A program made the position numbers and the translations under genes. Below, piece by piece: positions 36,285-45,774 of a stretch of 64,000 nt of DNA. The notes beneath the pieces were generated by a model. It was not told the DNA's origin and searched no databases. It saw only the letters and a program-made list of their open reading frames with translations. The stretch spans positions 58,056 through 122,055 of the forward strand of contig DJLZ01000001.1 in NCBI GenBank assembly GCA_002436405.1, read 5' to 3'. Numbering within the stretch: the stretch's first letter is position 1; every line of letters starts with the position of its first letter. This stretch comes from Proteobacteria bacterium UBA6503. GTDB lineage: Bacteria > Pseudomonadota > Alphaproteobacteria > UBA1280 > UBA6503.

Positions 36285-37058
36285 TTATTTCAGAACAAGC
36301 GTCACCGGAATATGATCCGAAGGCTTTTCCTTTTTACGCTCATCACGGTCAAGCACCACATCCGTCACATCATCCATCAGCGGTTTTGACACCAAGTGGT
36401 GGTCAATACGCATGCCACGGTCACGGCGGAATGACGCCCCCCGGTAATCCCACCAGGTAAAGGCTTGTTCGTCAGGCTTCAGGGCACGGAAGGCATCGGT
36501 AAAGCCCCAGTCCTTTAAATTTTCAAACCACTCTTGCTCACTTGGGTGGAAGCAGCACACGCCGCGCATTTCTTCGGGGTCGTGTACGTCAATATCGTCA
36601 GGGGCAACGTTATAGTCACCACAAATCACTACTTTTTCGTCTGGCTTATGGTGGGCGGTCATAAAGTCTTTAAGGGCTTTATACCACTGCTCTTTAAATA
36701 CAAATGATTCGCTTTCGGGGGTCTTCCCGTTTGGTACGTATACGTTGTAAACACGCACACCATTAAGGGTGCAGCCAATAATACGCTTTTGTTCATCCAA
36801 AACAGGGATACCCGTTTCAAGCATCACGTCGGTAATTTCCTCACGGGAAATTAGCGCCACACCGTTATAGGTACGTTGACCATTGATGTGTACATTCCAG
36901 CCAGCGTCAACAAATAGCTCCATCGGGAACTCGTGGTTTTGCACTTTTGTTTCTTGTAGGCACAGGAGTGTGGGCTCGTTTTCTTCAAGCCAGTCAAGCA
37001 CATGGTCTAGGCGGGCACGGATTGAGTTTACGTTCCAAGAGGTAATGGTGGTGGGCAT
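36285..37058 (-). CDS. xthA: Exodeoxyribonuclease III
   Basis: SWNVNSIRARL, LCLQETK, and SDHIPV at the C-terminus. 257 aa. Confidence 0.92.
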   Translation of the reverse strand: MPTTITSWNVNSIRARLDHVLDWLEENEPTLLCLQETKVQNHEFPMELFVDAGWNVHINGQRTYNGVALISREEITDVMLETGIPVLDEQKRIIGCTLNGVRVYNVYVPNGKTPESESFVFKEQWYKALKDFMTAHHKPDEKVVICGDYNVAPDDIDVHDPEEMRGVCCFHPSEQEWFENLKDWGFTDAFRALKPDEQAFTWWDYRGASFRRDRGMRIDHHLVSKPLMDDVTDVVLDRDERKKEKPSDHIPVTLVLK

Positions 37059-37107
37059 AATGATTTAGTATCTTCTTATTTATTCAAAATTTGGGTATCA
37101 TCATAAC

Positions 37108-37401
37108 ATGTTAGAAAAAATAAAAACCATTCTTACCGAAAATTTCAACCCGACTCACCTAGAAGTCGAAGACGATAGCTACCGCCACCGTAACCATGCG
37201 GGTGCCAAAGAGCATGGCGGTGGTCATTATAACGTTATCGTGGTTAGCCATAAGTTTGAGGGGTTAAACAGCCTTAAGCGCCATCGCCTTGTGAATGCCG
37301 CATTAAAAGGTGACTTTGAAAGCAATGCCATTCATGCACTCGCTATTAAAGCCCACACCCCTGACGAATGGTCACAACATAATAAGCCCCTTGAAGGGTA
37401 A
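37108..37401 (+). CDS. BolA-family protein
   Basis: HLEVEDDSYRHRNHAG...HYNVIVVSHKFEGLNSLKRHRLVN matches the BolA/YrbA pattern. Confidence 0.85.
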   Translation: MLEKIKTILTENFNPTHLEVEDDSYRHRNHAGAKEHGGGHYNVIVVSHKFEGLNSLKRHRLVNAALKGDFESNAIHALAIKAHTPDEWSQHNKPLEG

Positions 37402-37410
37402 TACAAATAA

Positions 37411-38772
37411 GTGAGCCCTATGAGCAATAAGCCAGATGTACTAATTATCGATGATGATGCGGCCCTTGCAGAAATGCTGGCCCTGAACCTCGATGACCTT
37501 GGCTACTCGACCGAGCTTGCCCATACTGGTGCCGAAGCCCGTGCGTTTTTAACAGGCTCAACCCCTCGCCTTATTTTACTAGATCAACACCTGCCTGATA
37601 CACATGGCATTAAACTGCTGCAGTGGATTATCACTGAAAAACCAGAGACACCCGCTGTTATGGTAACAGGCTTCCACGACATGAGCCTTGCCATTTCAGC
37701 GATGAAAGCCGGTGCGTTTGATTACCTGCATAAGCCCATTAATATGGAAAAGCTTGAGGAAATCCTGAAGCAAACCCTTTCAAAAAGCAGCCAAAAGATT
37801 GCCGTTAACGTTGCCCCAGAACAGGAAAATGATACCCCTGAGATTGTGGGCAACAGCCAAAGTATGCTTGATGTGGCTAAAAAAATTGCCATTGCTGCCC
37901 AAAACAAAGCCAACGTTTTGGTGCAAGGTGCATCAGGTACAGGTAAAGAACTTGTGGCCCGTGCTATCCATAAACACAGCGGTCTTGATGGCCCCTTTGT
38001 TGCCGTAAACTGTGCCTCAATTGTTGAAACATTGCTTGAAAGTGAACTTTTCGGCCACGAAAAAGGTGCCTTTACGGGTGCCGACCAAACTAAACAGGGC
38101 CGCTTTGAAGTTGCTGAAGACGGGACGCTTTTCCTGGATGAAATTGGTGAAATGTCAGCCCACCTACAAGCAAAACTGCTTCGTGTTTTGCAAGAGCAAA
38201 CCTTTGAGCGTGTAGGCAGCAACCAAACCCGCAAAACCAATGCCCGCATTATTGCCGCCACTCACCGCGACCTGAAGAAAATGGTGGCCGAAGGTAAGTT
38301 CCGTGAAGATTTGTTTTACCGCTTAGATGTGATTGATATTAAAGTGCCGGCCCTAAAAGACCGCATGGAAGACTTCCCAGCGCTAGCAAGTAACCTGCTG
38401 ATGCGCATCAACAAGACCCTTGGCCGCGATATTAAAGGCCTAACCAGCACCGCAATGGACGCGCTAAAGGGACATAACTGGGATGGTAACGTGCGTGAGC
38501 TTGAAAACGTGCTAACCAGAGCTGCCGCCCACAGCCAAAACCTATATATTGACTACGCTGACGTTGCAAAACACCTTACAGCATCAAAAGAGGCGCCTGC
38601 CTCTACACCAACATCACCAGTAAGTGTGTTGCGTTCAATGGAAGATGTTGAGAAAGAGCATATCCTTGCTGTTCTTGATGCCCATGAAGGCAACAAAGCC
38701 CAAGCATGTAAAACCCTTGGTATCTCGCGCCCTGCCCTTGACCGCCGCTTGAAGAAGTGGAAAATCTCATAA
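37411..38772 (+). CDS. Sigma54-dependent response regulator (NtrC/AtoC class)
   Basis: Receiver domain (VLIIDDD, LLDQHLPD), an AAA+ domain with GASGTGKE and the diagnostic GAFTGA loop (EKGAFTGAD), and a C-terminal Fis-type HTH (KAQACKTLGISRPALDRRLKK). Confidence 0.9.
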   Translation: MSPMSNKPDVLIIDDDAALAEMLALNLDDLGYSTELAHTGAEARAFLTGSTPRLILLDQHLPDTHGIKLLQWIITEKPETPAVMVTGFHDMSLAISAMKAGAFDYLHKPINMEKLEEILKQTLSKSSQKIAVNVAPEQENDTPEIVGNSQSMLDVAKKIAIAAQNKANVLVQGASGTGKELVARAIHKHSGLDGPFVAVNCASIVETLLESELFGHEKGAFTGADQTKQGRFEVAEDGTLFLDEIGEMSAHLQAKLLRVLQEQTFERVGSNQTRKTNARIIAATHRDLKKMVAEGKFREDLFYRLDVIDIKVPALKDRMEDFPALASNLLMRINKTLGRDIKGLTSTAMDALKGHNWDGNVRELENVLTRAAAHSQNLYIDYADVAKHLTASKEAPASTPTSPVSVLRSMEDVEKEHILAVLDAHEGNKAQACKTLGISRPALDRRLKKWKIS

Positions 38773-38910
38773 CCACCCTTCTCTGCCTTTAATGTGGCAA
38801 TTCTTGATGAGAAAATTCCTTTATGCAGTGATAAGCAAACGCCGTGTATAAACAATACACAAGTGCAGCGCATCGCAAATAAAGGGATTTAATCGCAAGA
38901 ATTGACCATT

Positions 38911-38938
38911 AAAAAAAAGGGCTGCAAACCTGCAGCCC
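38911..38938 (-). terminator. Hairpin with the polarity of a minus-strand terminator, facing a gene-free region
   Basis: GGGCTGCA / TGCAGCCC 8-bp stem with a 4-nt loop. It is preceded on the plus strand by A8 (U8 after the hairpin on the minus strand) and followed by only TT on the plus strand. Confidence 0.45.
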
Positions 38939-39244
38939 TTAAAGTGTGTGTGTCGGGTACTTGCCAAAACATGTAAAGCAAGGAATCTGCTTTTATAGTT
39001 GCAAGCGGTGTGCCAAATATCACAAAAATAAAATATCGTTATATATCAATACCTTGAATAACACCCACTCCTTCAATAAAACGTTACGTTGCACGAAACA
39101 TTGCAACGTTTTGAAGCAACTCGTAACGAAACGTTACATATCTGCCACCGTTCGCAAGGGGTTTAGCGGGCTGTATGCCGTTTTGCTTTGCATAGCCTTT
39201 GGGCGTTCTTTAGAATAACTGAATAGTAACAATTTACTGAATGC

Positions 39245-39661
39245 ATGATGATTTACAAATTTAAGCTGATATTTAGCCACCCTATGGCGCTTGCACAAAC
39301 GCCACCGTTGGCGCGGCTGCAAATGGCGGCTTTTCATGCAGGTATTGGTTTAGCGTTCTTGCTTGACCCATATAAGGTCATCTTCGCCTGTATTTTGGCA
39401 CTAATTTTGCTACTTATCGTAAAAGCAAGAAAATCGCCCTATTTAAACGAGCAGATTGACTTTGTTCAACAGCGCATTGTTTTAGCGCTGGGTACAATTG
39501 GTATTTTTTTGATGCTTCATGCAGATGGTGGCCTGCCCCCGATTGTATGGATGATGCTTTCAAAGGTGGCACTCGTGATTTGCTTTTACGATGCATACCT
39601 TGCTTTTAACGGGGTACGAGGGTTATTTTACCTAAACCTTAAAAAACTGCGGTTTAAATAA
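39245..39661 (+). CDS. Hypothetical small membrane protein
   Basis: Three to four hydrophobic helices. No family recognised. Confidence 0.45.
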   Translation: MMIYKFKLIFSHPMALAQTPPLARLQMAAFHAGIGLAFLLDPYKVIFACILALILLLIVKARKSPYLNEQIDFVQQRIVLALGTIGIFLMLHADGGLPPIVWMMLSKVALVICFYDAYLAFNGVRGLFYLNLKKLRFK

Positions 39662-39684
39662 TAAAAATAAGGCTAAAAGCCAAT

Positions 39685-41859
39685 ATGCCAGCACGACTAA
39701 AAAACTTATTATGGCTTCTTTTGTTGCTCGCAAGCACGGTGCTTGCGCTTGGCTGGCTTGCCGAAAGCCTGATTACGCTTGATCAGCAAAACACCCGTAA
39801 CTGGCAGCTTGAGCTTCAACAAGCCAACAATGAAAAATCAGCTGAGATTACCCAATGGCTTGCCGCACAAACCACTATTGCTAAAGACATTGGCCAAGAT
39901 ATTCGCATTACCAACCTTCTTGAACGTGTTGAGACCATGGGCAACCTTGATGGGCAGCTTATCCCTGACCAAGCTGCTGCCGAAGCCCTTTACGACCTTG
40001 CCCGTGATAAATACGGCCTTAACAATACCTATCTGTTTAAAATGGATGGCAACATGGTCCTAAAGCAGGACAATGCCCGTGACCTACCGCTTAAAATCCG
40101 TGAAACTTTAGCTACAGCCTACCAAACGGGGCTTGATCGCTACTTGTTTGTTTCGTTCTTCAATAACCAAAAATGGTTCTTCTCGTCTGCACGTCTGCAA
40201 AAAGATGGCCGCTCAATTGGTTACATCATGTACATGGCTGAGGTTGATAACGCCATGTCTCCCCTACAAACCGAAGGCTTCCGCTGGCGCTTTGTTGATT
40301 TTTACCTTGCCCGCCGCAGCGGCGATGATGGCGTGTTTCTGATTGACCTTTCATCAGGCCAATCAAGCCTGTTCAAGCTTGCACAGCTTGATCTACCACT
40401 CTTTAAAGGCGTGGCAAATGAATTTGGCACCTTCCGCTTCCCTGATGGTCGCAACTACATGACCCTTGTTACAAGTATTCCTGGTCACCCATTTTGGCAA
40501 AATATGAATGCCATCCCGATTGATGTGGCCGAGCAAGAAGTTCGTAAAGCACGCATGTACTACATTGGCGGCGCCTTAGCGTTTATGATTTTTATCCTGA
40601 TGTTAGGTTCAGGCCTATTCCGCCGTGTATTGAACCCGCAGCGCCCGTTGCTGCCAGCGGCTATCACACGTGTATTAGGTATTAAAGACAAACTGCCTAA
40701 AGGCCAGTTCAACCGCCTGAACATGGGTGCGGCCACCGCACGAAGTACAGGTAGTGGTGATGCAAGCATTGAAGATGAAGACGGTGATAAAAACACCCGT
40801 GAACGCCACGATGTAGGCGCACTAGGCTCAACACCGCATAGTATTTTTGGCCGCATTAAGAGTGCCTTTACTGGCAAAGGCCGTGAACTTTCTGAAGAAG
40901 AAAAAGAACGCATTAAAGCAGATAACGCTAAACCTGACCTACGCTCAAAACCAAAGCCTGAGGTTATCAAGCAAGAAGACACGCCGCTTGAAGCGCCAAA
41001 AACACTAGCGCAAGAAAACGCTGAAAAGCGTGAAGCTGAAGAAGAAGCCAAGAAGCCAGCGCCAGAGCCTGAAAAAACACAGGAAGAAATTTTGGCCGAG
41101 CGCGAAGCCGCCCGTGAAAAAGAGCAAATTAAGCAAATTCACCGCTGCTTAGAGAACGAGCGTTACCGCCTATTCTTCCAACCTATCCTTGATACTTCAA
41201 GCAAAGACAAGGTGATGTTTGAAACCCTGCTACGTTTGGTAAACGACGATGGTGAGCTGATGCAACCGGGGCAATTCATTCCCCTTGCGATTAAGCATAA
41301 GTTTATCGACCAAGTGGATGACATGGTGATTGTAGCCTCGCTGCGCCGCCATATGGAGATTTTGTCTCAAGGTAAGCAGACCATGCTAAGCATTAACCTT
41401 TCGTATGGTGCCTTCCGTAGTATGACCTTCCGTGATACCTATCAAGAAGGCCTGCAAAGTGGCAAAATCCGCCCTGACCTATTGAACTTTGAGCTAAGCT
41501 CAAAAGAGATTATTGAAGACGATGCCGCTATGCGCTTTGTGCGTGATATGCAGGCTTCTGGCTGTAAATTCTCAGTAGATTATTTCGGTAACGTTGCCTC
41601 TGTAAACGCCGCGAAAAAGCTGAAGTTTGACTACATGAAAATTAACTGCCTACGCTTTGAAGGCCTAGGCGAAGGCGACCCTAAAGCGGTGGAAGAATTC
41701 CGTGAGGTTATCCTTGCTGGTCATAAGCTGAAGCTGCCAATGATTGCTGAAAAAGTTGAAAACAAAGCCGTTATGTGGCTATGTGAAAAACTAAATGTGC
41801 CTTATGTTCAAGGCTTCTACCTAGCCGAGCCTTCACCGAAGCTTGCTCTTGGCTGGTAA
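39685..41859 (+). CDS. Membrane-bound EAL-domain protein with a periplasmic sensor-like region and a Lys/Glu-rich linker (no GGDEF domain)
   Basis: An N-terminal TM helix, ~270 periplasmic residues and a second TM helix (YYIGGALAFMIFILMLGSGLF). A charged linker follows, then the EAL domain motifs YRLFFQPI, FETLLRL, SINLS, VDYFGN, DYMKIN, AEKVEN and QGFY. Confidence 0.8.
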   Translation: MPARLKNLLWLLLLLASTVLALGWLAESLITLDQQNTRNWQLELQQANNEKSAEITQWLAAQTTIAKDIGQDIRITNLLERVETMGNLDGQLIPDQAAAEALYDLARDKYGLNNTYLFKMDGNMVLKQDNARDLPLKIRETLATAYQTGLDRYLFVSFFNNQKWFFSSARLQKDGRSIGYIMYMAEVDNAMSPLQTEGFRWRFVDFYLARRSGDDGVFLIDLSSGQSSLFKLAQLDLPLFKGVANEFGTFRFPDGRNYMTLVTSIPGHPFWQNMNAIPIDVAEQEVRKARMYYIGGALAFMIFILMLGSGLFRRVLNPQRPLLPAAITRVLGIKDKLPKGQFNRLNMGAATARSTGSGDASIEDEDGDKNTRERHDVGALGSTPHSIFGRIKSAFTGKGRELSEEEKERIKADNAKPDLRSKPKPEVIKQEDTPLEAPKTLAQENAEKREAEEEAKKPAPEPEKTQEEILAEREAAREKEQIKQIHRCLENERYRLFFQPILDTSSKDKVMFETLLRLVNDDGELMQPGQFIPLAIKHKFIDQVDDMVIVASLRRHMEILSQGKQTMLSINLSYGAFRSMTFRDTYQEGLQSGKIRPDLLNFELSSKEIIEDDAAMRFVRDMQASGCKFSVDYFGNVASVNAAKKLKFDYMKINCLRFEGLGEGDPKAVEEFREVILAGHKLKLPMIAEKVENKAVMWLCEKLNVPYVQGFYLAEPSPKLALGW

Positions 41860-41880
41860 TTTACTTAAAGGACTATACTC

Positions 41881-42252
41881 ATGAATATTATTCTATCTGC
41901 ACTTTGCATGGTGTCGGGCCTCAGCATGGTTTTTGCCAGCATTGCCCTTATTAACGGTCAGCTTCTGCCTAGCATCCTTGGTGGTTTTTACGAGGCTGTG
42001 CCCTCGCCTATGCTACGCACACTTGTGGGCTGCTTCACCCTTATTTTGGCCGCAAACTACGTGATTGCTAAAGGCTACATGTTTGGCGGCCAAGCCTACG
42101 GCGGCCCGCTTTACGTTGTAAGCGTTATTGGCTGCATGATTACCATGGCCCTACTGGTTGATAACCTGAGCTGGAACTGGCACCTAACTGGTGGTGTGAT
42201 GGTCTTCTGTCTTGGCGCCCTTTGGGTTGTACACGGCCTTAGCCAAGGCTAA
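41881..42252 (+). CDS. Hypothetical small membrane protein
   Basis: Four hydrophobic segments. It is tightly packed after the EAL gene. Confidence 0.5.
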   Translation: MNIILSALCMVSGLSMVFASIALINGQLLPSILGGFYEAVPSPMLRTLVGCFTLILAANYVIAKGYMFGGQAYGGPLYVVSVIGCMITMALLVDNLSWNWHLTGGVMVFCLGALWVVHGLSQG

Positions 42253-42254
42253 AT

Positions 42255-42689
42255 ATGACTCAATTCCTTACTTTCCTAAAAAGTCGGCATCCCCTAGAGC
42301 TATTCTTCGTAATTTGTGAGGCCTATTTAATTGGTGGCGGAATGCTGTTTATAGCATATGGGTTCTTTGTTGGAATAAAAGCCATTCTATTCCAACTCTA
42401 TTTGATTGCCCCCCTACCTATATACTGCTCATTAGTAATAATGAAATATGGCTGGGCTAGACCTGCAAAATGGCCAATCTGGAAATGGTCGTTAATACCT
42501 TCAGCGATGCTATATTTATGGATACTTTATATGTGTATTTTTCATGGCGATAATTATTTCGGAGAAAGCCTTTTGTCAAAGGTTGTCCTTGCCGCTTTTA
42601 CCTGGCTCCTAGCATGCCCTTTCATCTTTATTTTTCAAATTCGTCTTGGTAAAAGAATCAATAAGAATGGGACTTTTGAGAAGCTCTAG
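42255..42689 (+). CDS. Hypothetical membrane protein, AT-rich gene
   Basis: Four hydrophobic helices. A hand-counted 100-nt sample has 38 G+C. It starts 2 nt after the previous stop. Confidence 0.5.
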   Translation: MTQFLTFLKSRHPLELFFVICEAYLIGGGMLFIAYGFFVGIKAILFQLYLIAPLPIYCSLVIMKYGWARPAKWPIWKWSLIPSAMLYLWILYMCIFHGDNYFGESLLSKVVLAAFTWLLACPFIFIFQIRLGKRINKNGTFEKL

Positions 42690-42815
42690 ATTTTACGCCG
42701 AATTTTGGGGTAGATTTTTTACTTTTCAGCGCAATGAAGCAGCGACGTGTATGAGTAATACACGAGCAATGAATAAGGTTGAAAAGTGAAAATGCTGCCC
42801 AAAAGGCAAGTAGAA

Positions 42816-43517
42816 TTAATCGAAGCGCCAAAGCTGGGCATTATGCGAAAGCTTCTCTTCCATCGCCTTATAGTGGCGGCAGAAGGTTGCCACCCGATTC
42901 CAAAAATCGCGCGAGTGATCCATATGTTTGAGGTGGGCAAGCTCGTGCACAATCACATAGTCTTGCACATCTTTTGGCGCCATCAGCAAACGCACTGATA
43001 GGCGCACCATACGCTTTTTAGCTTGGCAGCTGCCCCAGCGCTGTTTGGCGTTGGTAATTTCAAGGTTCGGCACTTTCTCTTCCATGGCATTGGCTAGGCG
43101 CGCAAGGCGTGGCTTAAAGTCGTGCAGGGCTTGGTCTTTGTACCACTGCATAAGGTTGTGGCGGGCACGGGTTGCATTGGTAGGGTCTGTCTGGAACAAA
43201 ATAAGCTCGCCGTCGGCAACTTCAACGCTAATGCGGCTGCTTTCTTTCACAACTAAGGTGTGCGGTACGCCGTTGATGTAAAACACGTCACCGTCAAGCC
43301 ATGTGCGCTTTGGCAGTTGTGGGCGTGTTTCACGCTCTTTCTGCTTCTGTTTAATCCACTCAAGGCGCTCGTGTAGAAAAGTCTCGATAAAGCCAATGCT
43401 TACCCGTTTTGGGGCACGTACTTCAAGGGTGCCATCAGGCAGCACCATAATAGCCACGCTGCGGCGGCGTGACGTACGACGAAGAATATAATCGGGTAGG
43501 TTTTTCTTTTTGGCCAT
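42816..43517 (-). CDS. YgjP-like M48/DUF45 zinc metallopeptidase
   Basis: The HELAHLKHMDHSRDFW (HExxH) motif sits near the C-terminus. MAKKKNLPDYILRRTSRRRSVAIMVLPDGTLEVRAP is the typical DUF45 start. The track ORF runs on to 43919, but only because the frame stays open across rnpB. Confidence 0.8.
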   Translation of the reverse strand: MAKKKNLPDYILRRTSRRRSVAIMVLPDGTLEVRAPKRVSIGFIETFLHERLEWIKQKQKERETRPQLPKRTWLDGDVFYINGVPHTLVVKESSRISVEVADGELILFQTDPTNATRARHNLMQWYKDQALHDFKPRLARLANAMEEKVPNLEITNAKQRWGSCQAKKRMVRLSVRLLMAPKDVQDYVIVHELAHLKHMDHSRDFWNRVATFCRHYKAMEEKLSHNAQLWRFD

Positions 43518-43594
43518 GGCGGCATAATAAACCATGCAATTACATTGCGCAGCAGAAACTTGTGGGGGCATGCGTTTTATGCTAAACCCACAGT

Positions 43595-43942
43595 GCAGTT
43601 TGCCTAGGTTATCGCACGCCCAGCGTGAGGAAAGTCCGGGCACCACAAAGGAGGATGCCGGATAACGTCCGGCGGGGAGCATGAGCTCCTTAGGGAAAGT
43701 GGCGCAGAAAATATACCGCCTGTATTTAGATATAGGTAAGGGTGAAATGGTGGAGTAAGAGCCCACCGCCTCGCTGGCAACAGCCGAGGGCAGGCTAAAC
43801 CCCATCCGGTGCAAGACCAAATAGGAACCCCGCTTAACCGTACCTTGCGGAAGGGGTTCGGGTAGGTCGCTAGAGGTAGCGAGTAATCGCCACCCCAGAT
43901 GAATGATAATCCACGACAAAACCCGGCTTATCGGGCAAACTG
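43595..43942 (+). ncRNA. rnpB: RNase P RNA, bacterial type A
   Basis: The universal P4 strands GAGGAAAGTCCGGGC (5') and ACAAAACCCGGCTTATCG (3') are present, as is GGTAAGGGTGAAATGGTGGAGTAAGAGCCCACC. The P1 helix GCAGTTTGCC (43595..43604) / GGCAAACTGC (43933..43942) defines the ends. Confidence 0.9.
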
Positions 43943-43944
43943 CA

Positions 43945-43977
43945 TAAAAAAGCCCCCATGCACTTGGGGGCTTTTTT
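43945..43977. terminator. Terminator after rnpB, shared with the convergent MaoC gene
   Basis: GCCCCCA / TGGGGGC stem with a 6-nt loop. An A6 run precedes it and a T6 run follows. Confidence 0.75.
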
Positions 43978-43990
43978 ATATCTATCTAGG

Positions 43991-44464
43991 TTACATCTTA
44001 TCCCGTACTTTTTGCGGGATGGGCTTTGCAATAGCGCTACCAGTCAACACTTTATTGCCTTCGGCGTCTTCGCACCATGTGTCAAAGTGCACGTCGTTCT
44101 TTTCAACGTCTACTTTGGTCACTTGCATAATGGCTTTGTAGGGGCGGTTTAGATATACGGGCGCTAAAAACTTAACATCTTGGCCTAGCCAAATGGTGCC
44201 AAGGCCTGGGTAGTCCATCCCCAAAATACCTGAGAACTTGGCTACCGAAATCATGCCGTGGGCAATTTGATCTTTAAAGATAGTGGTCTTGGCATATTCA
44301 GGGTCATGGTGGGCGGGGTTCCAGTCGCCTGAAATTTCAGAGAACTTCACAACATCCTCGTACGTCACCTCATAGTCACGGACGAATTTATCACCGACTT
44401 TAAGCTCGTTAATGGTTTTACACGCACGCGGTTTTTCTAGTGCGTTTACAGGTGTTGTACTCAT
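43991..44464 (-). CDS. MaoC-like (R)-specific enoyl-CoA hydratase
   Basis: The hydratase-2 motif FSEISGDWNPAHHD. Hotdog-fold size of 157 aa. Confidence 0.85.
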   Translation of the reverse strand: MSTTPVNALEKPRACKTINELKVGDKFVRDYEVTYEDVVKFSEISGDWNPAHHDPEYAKTTIFKDQIAHGMISVAKFSGILGMDYPGLGTIWLGQDVKFLAPVYLNRPYKAIMQVTKVDVEKNDVHFDTWCEDAEGNKVLTGSAIAKPIPQKVRDKM

Positions 44465-44582
44465 GCCCTACCCCTTTGTTCTATTTGCTCTTTAGCATTA
44501 TTCTAACCGCATTTGGATACTATACCCAAACTATTCCATGCTATAATTTGGACGCTTAAAGATAATAGAAGGAGTTCCCCCA

Positions 44583-45773
44583 ATGAGCACCCAAAACAAT
44601 AACGACATTGTAATCCTATCAGCCGCACGCACTCCAATGGGTAGCATGCAGGGGGAGCTTTCAGCACTTGCAGGCCACGAGCTTGGCGCCCACGCCATTA
44701 AAGCCGCAGTTGAAAAAGCTGGTATTGATGGTGCTAAAATTGAAGATGTTCTGATGGGGTGTGTTCTGCCTGCTGGTCAAGGCCAAGCCCCTGCCCGTCA
44801 GGCTGCTCTTGGTGCAGGCCTACCAAAGCACGTAACCTGTACAACTGTTAACAAAGTTTGTGGCTCAGGTATGCGTACTGTGATGATGGCCCATGACCAA
44901 CTCAAACTAGGCAACATGCAATTTGCCATTGCTGGCGGCATGGAAAGCATGACCAATGCCCCTTACCTGCTTAAGAACGGCCGTAGTGGTTACCGTTTTG
45001 GCCACAGCACTGTTTATGACCACATGACACTTGATGGCCTTGAAGATGCCTACGCCCATAAAGCTATGGGTGAGTTTGGAGAGATGTGTGCCGACAAATA
45101 CCAGTTTACCCGTGAAGCGCAGGACGAATTTGCACTGGCTTCAATCAACCGTGCAAAAACAGCCACCGAAGGCGGCGCTTTTGAAGCTGAAATCACCCCT
45201 ATTACCATTGCAGGTCGCAAGGGCGATACTGTTGTAAGCAACGACGAAGGCCCACGCCGTGCAATGCCCGATAAAATCCCGAACCTACGCCCTGCGTTTA
45301 CCAAAGACGGTACAATTACGGCAGCAAACGCCAGCTCAATTTCAGACGGGGCATCAGCCATTGTACTTGCCCGTGCTGAAGCCGCAGAAGCTGAAGGCCT
45401 GAAGCCGCTAGCTAAAATCGTAGGCCACGCAAGCTTTGCCCAATCGCCTGAGTGGTTTACTACCGCCCCCGTTGGCGCTATGGAGAAACTTTTAAAACAA
45501 ACAGGCTGGACCATTGACGATGTTGACCTGTTTGAAATTAACGAAGCCTTTGCCGTTGTGACCATGGCCGCGATGAAAGAACTTGCCATCCCCCATGAAA
45601 AAGTAAACGTGCACGGCGGTGCATGTGCCCTTGGCCACCCAATTGGTGCCTCAGGCACACGTATTATCACCACCCTTGTGCATGCGCTACGTACCCATGG
45701 CAAAAAACGTGGTATCGCAGCCCTATGTATTGGCGGCGGCGAAGCAACAGCAATCGCAGTAGAGGTAATGTAA
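44583..45773 (+). CDS. Acetyl-CoA C-acetyltransferase (thiolase II)
   Basis: The active-site Cys in VNKVCGSGMR, NVHGGACALGHPIGASG, and the C-terminal CIGGGEA. Confidence 0.93.
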   Translation: MSTQNNNDIVILSAARTPMGSMQGELSALAGHELGAHAIKAAVEKAGIDGAKIEDVLMGCVLPAGQGQAPARQAALGAGLPKHVTCTTVNKVCGSGMRTVMMAHDQLKLGNMQFAIAGGMESMTNAPYLLKNGRSGYRFGHSTVYDHMTLDGLEDAYAHKAMGEFGEMCADKYQFTREAQDEFALASINRAKTATEGGAFEAEITPITIAGRKGDTVVSNDEGPRRAMPDKIPNLRPAFTKDGTITAANASSISDGASAIVLARAEAAEAEGLKPLAKIVGHASFAQSPEWFTTAPVGAMEKLLKQTGWTIDDVDLFEINEAFAVVTMAAMKELAIPHEKVNVHGGACALGHPIGASGTRIITTLVHALRTHGKKRGIAALCIGGGEATAIAVEVM

Positions 45774-45774
45774 A

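Noticed and set aside
39089-39105. Sigma54 promoter-like sequence TTGCACGAAACATTGCA downstream of the NtrC-type activator
   Set aside because: The essential -24 GG is TG here. The spacing between the GC elements is one nt longer than the TGGCACG-N4-TTGC consensus. It is kept only as part of the dyad-rich region finding.
43518-43919. N-terminal 134 codons of the 367-aa track ORF 42816..43919
   Set aside because: This part of the frame runs antisense across RNase P RNA (43595..43942) and has no coding character. The metallopeptidase has a typical DUF45 start at the ATG at 43517, so the extension is an open-frame artefact.
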